Positions 57,901 through 64,000 of a DNA stretch of 64,000 nt are shown here, one piece after another (the first letter of the stretch is position 1; the number at the start of each line of letters is the position of its first letter). The notes under the pieces are model-generated. The model was not told the DNA's origin and ran no database searches. It was given only the letters and a program-made list of their open reading frames with translations. The translations under genes were made by a program, and so were the position numbers. The DNA is from Callorhinchus milii (taxonomy: Eukaryota): contig NW_024704743.1 of assembly GCF_018977255.1 (NCBI RefSeq), forward strand, positions 6,202,001 to 6,266,000. Direction: 5' to 3'.

Positions 57901-60900
57901 CCTTCAACTTTACTGGACCATCACTGGCTATAGACACAGCGTGCTCTTCATCTCTGGTCGCTCTACACTACGCTTCTCAGGCCATCAAACAAGGTACCAG
58001 AAACCACCTTTGTGGTTGCATCAATACATTGTACACACATCATGAAGCACAGTTTACAGCATCATGGGAGGTAACTGGTAGGGACAGGTAAATACAGCCA
58101 CCTACAGAGGGTAACCGGAAGGTAATTGTTTTTATATAAAGCTTCAGCACCTCAAATTATAGGTGAGTTATCTCTATGCTAATGTGACAAATGTACAAAC
58201 AGCAGAAGAAAGCCATGCCTCTATCGTATTGCAGAAATCATTATCTTATAATAATCCATATTAACGCTCTAAAGCACTGTTATTTAGCTGGCACTGTTTA
58301 TGTAGAGTCACTGGTTAAAATTCCCACCTTGCTCTTTCAGGTGACTGTGAGATGGCTGTTTGTGGAGGAGTGAGCTGCATCATTGAACCACGTGTCAATG
58401 TAGCACTCAGTAAAGCAAAGATGATCTCTCCAGATGGAATGTGCAAACCATTTTCTAAGAAAGCTAACGGGTATGGGAGAGGAGAAGGATGTGGAATTCT
58501 TCTGTTGAAACCACTGGCAAAGGTAGAATATTTCTAAAAGAATTTATACAGGAAGTCCCATAAGTACAGTTGAATGCTGATTATCCATATTTCCACTTAT
58601 GTGCATCAGATTTTGATGTGGAAGTGGATAAGGGACTGTGGCAGAAATCCAGTTGCATGTGTAAGGTGGCGAGGGGCATAATTTAGTTTCTCTGCAGAGC
58701 TGCATGTGTGAAACCAGGTTCAAATTACAATTTATAGATTATCCTCTCTACTGCATGAATTTATTGCTCTAGGTTTCCTACAGAACCATTGTCATTTTTT
58801 TTACAAAATATATTAATTTATTTGTTATATTTGCACTTATCTCAGGCAGTATGAAACCTATTACAGAAAAGATGCCAAATGTTATTATCCCGTTACTGGA
58901 TGCACCAGACCCGGCCCCTTGTGGTGGGACAGGGGCCTCTGTACACTCCACTTTGGTGGAGGAACCAAGGCTTTGTTGCCTCAGGGTGCTACCGCCCTTT
59001 GCAGGGTGCAGATACAAATGTGGTCTTATACTCATCTCCCTATCCCCTATCCCTCCCCTCTTATTTGCAACGCTCATTTTAAGACAGTCAGGAATCGCCC
59101 CTGTGTGCACTACATGAGGGTATTCGCACACACCCTGATAAGGTACACTTGCTGATTTCAAATGCCCCCCCGATGTGCACCATACGCACACGTTTTCCCA
59201 AACACACAAACCCATACACATATAATATATACCAGTCCCCTGTCACTGCAGTGTCCCTGTTGGGGTTCTGTTTCCTTTCTCTACGGGCAGCAGTTACACT
59301 GGTGGTCTAGTCTGGGCTCCTTTTACAGGATGGTGACCCTTTACCTCACTCCCTGCCGTTCTCCCCTTCATGGGAGGGGGCAGACAGACATATACATTTA
59401 CATTACATTTTCGAGAAACTCTGTTACATCTCGAGAGTCCCTCTGTATATTTATATGGTTACACACACGTTTATTCAGTGTTGGGTGTGCTCGTGGGTTA
59501 CCCGATGAGCGTGCCCGATGTCTCCCTCTCACTGGTAGGGTTCCTGGCACGTGGGGATGTGATGCCAACATGAGCACGGTTCTGGCTGGGGACATGCCCC
59601 ATCTGGCCTTTGCCGTGGTTGAGCTGAGCTTCAGTGTGTCCCTCAGGCCCTAATCTGAGGATGCCCAATCCTGAGGCAGGCCCTCTCCATCCCCTCGTTC
59701 CACTGGAAGATCACCAAATTTCGGGAATGCCAAAGGGCCTCTTTCACTGAGTTGATGATCCTCCAGGTGTACTTGATGTAGTTGTTTATGGTACATTCCT
59801 TCACCGCACATATGTTGTGCACATGTTTTTCGGGATGCTCCCTTTAAAACAGTCGGGAGTCACCCCTGTGTACCCCACCTCCATTGCGCGCCCGCAAACA
59901 CCCCGATAAGGCACACTTGCCGTTTTCGGAAGGTGCCCTGAGGTGCACTATACAAGCACGTGTTTACTGTACATACATTTTCAGGACATTCTCTGATTAC
60001 ATCTCGAGCGTCCTTCTGTACCCTTACTTCAGTCAGTTTTGGGTGCACTTGTGGGCTACCCAGCGGGTGTGTCCTGTGTTGTTTGTGCCGGAGCAGCTCC
60101 TCCCAGGGTTAGGCCCCATCTGGCCTTTGCCATGGTTGAGCCAGACTTCAACTTCTCCCTCACTGACCCCTCATTTTGCCAAAAGAACATCTGGTTTCAG
60201 GACAGCCAAAGGGCCTTCTTTATCGAGTCTATGATCCTCCAGGCACACTCACTGTTAGTTTCGCAGTAAGTGTTCAGGAAGAGGCCGTACAACACCAAGT
60301 GCCGTGACAGTGGGTCCCCAGGGATGAACTGCAAGAGTCTCCTTTCCATCTTTTTCAAAACCGTCTTTGAGAAACAACACTCCAGGAAGAGGTGGTCCAT
60401 GGTTCCTGGCCTCTGCAGCCAACCCGAGGGCAACTTGCTGACTGGCCCAGACCTTGACCAAGCATGAAAGCTCTGAGGGGTGGGGCTCCTTTTTTTGCCA
60501 GCCAGGCCATGTCAGGATTGTTGTTGGTCAGGGCCAGAGACAAGGCATTTTGCAGCTGGCTGTCCCCTCAGGGTACCTCCCAATTCGGTCGGTCCTCTCC
60601 CCGAGGTGGTTCGGCATGCTCCAACTGTGTGGAACGTTTCGAGGCAGTTCTGCCAGACCCACCCTTCTTAGCACGGGTTACAGGAAGAAACCCATCATGT
60701 AACGGCATTTGTGCCATCGTAGCAGGGTTCCAGGAACAGCCTCGGGAAGTTACACACAAAGGTGGCCATGAAGATCAGGGCTATGTTGGGGACCCCTTTT
60801 CCCCCACCCTTCCGGGGTTTTGTGCAGAGTGTCTCTGCGGACATGATCCACCTCAGACCCACCCCCCCCAAATCAGATGGAAGACCTGTCTAGTGATTGC

Positions 60901-63900
60901 AGTGGCGTTGTTTTTGGTCAAAGGCCAGACCTGGATCACGTACAGTAACATCGAGAGGGCCTCACACTTTATCACCAGATTTTTTTCCGGTGATGGACAG
61001 TGAACTCAGGCGCCACATCACCAATTTCTTCCTGGCTACACCTAGACTCTCCTCCCAGCTTTTTTGGCACTCCCCGGCAGCCTCAATCGAGATGCCGAGG
61101 CTTTGATGCAGTCTGGCTTCACTGCAAATGGTATGTGACTGCATTCTTTCCAGTCTCCAAAATACATCACCTCGCTCTTCTGGCAGTTGACCTTTGCTTC
61201 TGAGACTTGCTCAAAACAGTTGCAAATGCCTAGCAGTCTCGAGGCCAATTCTTAGTCTGTGCAAAAGATGGCGACATCATCCATTTCCAGGGAGAACTTG
61301 GCTTGTTCGCTGTGGCTGCCTGGGTTGGTGACTACTCTGATGCTCTCGTCCCTCCTGATGGCCTGAGCAAAGGATTTGATGCAGCAGACAATCCCGGTGG
61401 AGGATAGGGGACAGACCTGCCTTACTCCAGACCTGATGGCGAACGGCTCAGTCTCATATCCTTTCACCATTACTGCGCTGCCGATACCTGAATTGCCCAA
61501 TTAGAGTTCACAGTTCGATTATTCAATTGTATTCCTGAACTCGTCCATCCAATCACTTTTCAAACACAGGATGCACTTCCAGGTTATCATGCCTTGACCC
61601 TACAGGAATTTGGGGGCTAATAGCAATAGGAAGATATTGGCTTCCTTTGGTGGTCTAAACATTCTTTAATTCTATTCATTCATTGCTTTAATAGGCATTG
61701 AAAGACAACAACAAGATTACATTTGTATAGTGCCTTTCATGTTGGGAGGATGTCCCAAGGCGCTGGGCAGCATTTCAGGCCTGAGCTGGTGTCAGGGAGA
61801 GGGAGGGGAGAGGAAGGGGGTGACCGATGGCATGGTCAAAGAGGAGGGTTTTGAAGCGGGACTTCAATGAGGCAAAGGAGGGGGCAAGGCGGAGTGATTA
61901 GTGGATGGAATTCCAGCGGTTGGGGGTAGAGTGGCTGAAGGCTTTCTCGCCAATGGTGGAGCGGGTGGGTCGGGGGAGTTGGAGCAGGCTGGAGCGGGCT
62001 GAGCGGAGGGTAGTGGGCGGGTTGGTAGGGGGTTAGGAGGTTGCAGAGGTAGGGTGGGGTGAGGCCATGGAGGAATTTGTAGGTGATAACATCTGGGGTG
62101 TATTAGTGCACAGTGCTATCAATCAAGATGACAGATCAGTCATACCTATCACCAGACCCTCACAAACGCATTACAAAATTTCAATTGTTATTCATTCAGT
62201 CAATAGCAAAACAAAAACAAGCAGCATTATATGGAACCATTCACACGGGAATGAATCTAAGAGCACTTAAAGGAAATTTTAAGACGGGGTACTCTTCGGA
62301 GTGCCAAACAGAAGAACATATTTTGAAATATGTCAAAATAATACCAGAACAAAGAAGAAATTATTGTTAAAATGTTGAATATTTTATGCTAATGGCTGGA
62401 TTATTTGAACAAAATAAGTTTCAAGTTTATAGGACTGAGCAGGGCAAAGGGGATTAGAGTGCATAGGTCCAGTAAGGAACCCACATACAATGGCTTCCTT
62501 TTGTGCTGAAACATTCGGTAATTCTATTCTTTCATCCAATTAATAGGCACTGAAAGACGATGATCACATCTGGGGTGTCCTAGTGTACAGTGCTATCAAT
62601 CAAGATGGAAGATCAGTTACACCTATCACCAGACCCTCACAAACACAGCAGGAAGAACTGTTGAAATGGATTTACCACAGGTATGTTGATCCATCCCAGA
62701 TACAGTACATGGAGGCTCATGGAACTGGAACTCCAGCTGGTGATCCTACAGAAGCCGGCAGCATATCACACATTGTTGGTCAGTCCAGGACATCAAACCC
62801 TGATCCGCTCATCATAGGCTCTGTCAAAGGGAATGTTGGTCACACAGAGTCAGCTGCAGGAGCCGCAGGTTTAATCAAAGTTCTCCTGATGATGCATCAT
62901 GGCAAAATTGTACCATCCCTCCACTACACTGAGGAGGATTCAAGCATCAATGCAAAGGCTTTGAATCTACGTGTTCCAACTAGTGTGGAAAACTGGGAAA
63001 AGCGTGGGGAGATGGGTAGGATGGCAGGAGTCAATTCATTTGGGTTTGGGGGAACAAATGCTCACGCAGTGGTGAGACAGTACAAGCAGCTTGCCCGGCT
63101 CAACTGTGCACAGAAACCACTGGAGATATTTGTCCTTTCAGCTGCCTCCCAGAAATCAATTCAAATGATGATAAAAGACACAAGTCACCAAATAAATCAA
63201 AGTGATGATACCGCTTTCCATAGTCTGGCATATACATCTGCTTGTAGAAGAAGCCACGCAAGTTATAGATACAGAAAAGCCTTTGTAGTTTCTTCCCTCA
63301 ATCACCTACAGCAGCAGCTTAAATCAGCCACAGTTACTGATGTTGCTCGGATAAAGACAAGTCCAAAGATCGTATTTGTGTTCTGTGGCAACGGTGTTGC
63401 CTATAGAGGGATGTGTAAACTGCTTGTACACACAGAGCCAGTGTTCAGGACACAGATTGAAGAGATAGAAAAAATTCTCCAACTACACACACCCATCAAT
63501 CTAATAGATTTAATTGAAAATGACTATGATGACTTCACAAAACCCGAGATAGCACAGCCATTGCTCTTTGCTGTTCAGGTGGCAATGGTTTCTCTTTTGG
63601 GGTTTTGGGGAATCCAGGCTAACCTTATGATTGGACATTCTGTTGGCGAGGTTGCTGCAGCACATTGTGCTGGGACACTGTCCTTGCACGATGCTGTAAA
63701 GGTGATTTACTACAGAAGTGTATTGCAGTCAACAGTAACGGGAGGCAGAATGCTGGCTGTTAGCAATTTGCCTGTGTCAAATGTGTCAGACAGACTTGTT
63801 CCATATTCGGGGAGACTCTGTATTGCTGCATTCAACAGTCCCTCCTCTTGCACAGTGTCAGGTGATGCCGGTGCAGTGGACAAACTGTATACAGAGTTAT

Positions 63901-64000
63901 CCACCGCATTTGGTGACAAAAATATATTCCTTCGCATTTTAGATGTTCCAGCAGCTTATCACAGTCACTTGATGGAGCCAATCATACAGCAGGTAGAAGA
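51980..64000 (+). CDS. pks1: Type I PKS copy 2 (partial, runs off window); exons 51980-52037, 53210-53363, 54826-54986, 57790-57993, 58341-58522, 62547->64000
   Basis: Splice sites are the same as in copy 1. I see no stops or frameshifts in the visible exons. KS Cys/His/His and AT GHSVG are intact. The positions of the copy-1 lesions lie beyond the window end. Confidence 0.85.
55850..56955 (+). mobile_element. CR1 in PKS copy 2 intron 3, with ~1.7 kb deleted relative to unit 1
   Basis: Colinear with 24606-27455 except that 24679-26384 is missing. Confidence 0.85.
58930..61503 (-). mobile_element. Tx1/L1-clade fragments in PKS copy 2 intron 5
   Basis: Colinear with 29410-32230. Confidence 0.78.
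61695..62171 (+). pseudogene. Dead partial exon-6 duplicate with L2 insertion (copy in unit 2)
   Basis: Colinear with 32422-32898 (offset 29273). Confidence 0.83.
62547..64000 (+). CDS. pks1: PKS copy 2 exon 6, 5' part (KS end + AT), open to window end
   Basis: aatag|ALKDDDHIWGVLVYSAINQDG...GHSVG...AAYHSHLMEPIIQQVE; colinear with 33274-34727. Confidence 0.88.

Larger units (their letters stand above)
45939..64000 (+). repeat. Segmental duplication, unit 2 (direct orientation)
   Basis: Begins at ctgtaaagtgaattgaccg inside a SINE and matches 15641 onward. Confidence 0.93.

Overview
Eukaryotic, intron-containing, repeat-rich vertebrate DNA. The L2/CR1/Tx1 LINEs and tRNA-derived SINEs suggest a cartilaginous fish (inference). 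The window holds a head-to-head pair of genes. On the minus strand is an intact 4-exon Patched-domain (RND/sterol-sensing) gene, PTCHD3-like (11009-16880, 866 aa by my splice reconstruction). On the plus strand is a 6-coding-exon animal type I polyketide synthase (KS-AT-DH-linker-degenerate ER-KR-ACP, no thioesterase; 20705-39069, ~2108 aa when repaired). A ~30 kb block starting inside PTCHD3 intron 1 is repeated directly downstream (15641.. = 45939..). The damage is reciprocal. Unit 1 has intact PTCHD3, but its PKS is broken by a 229-bp L2 insertion and a 1-bp frameshift. Unit 2 has a truncated, L2-disrupted PTCHD3 exon 1, but its PKS is open in all visible exons (it runs off the window). The most interesting hypothesis is a vertebrate mini biosynthetic cluster, a polyene-type PKS plus an RND-family lipid transporter sharing an upstream region, evolving by tandem birth-and-death under attack by a young L2 family.
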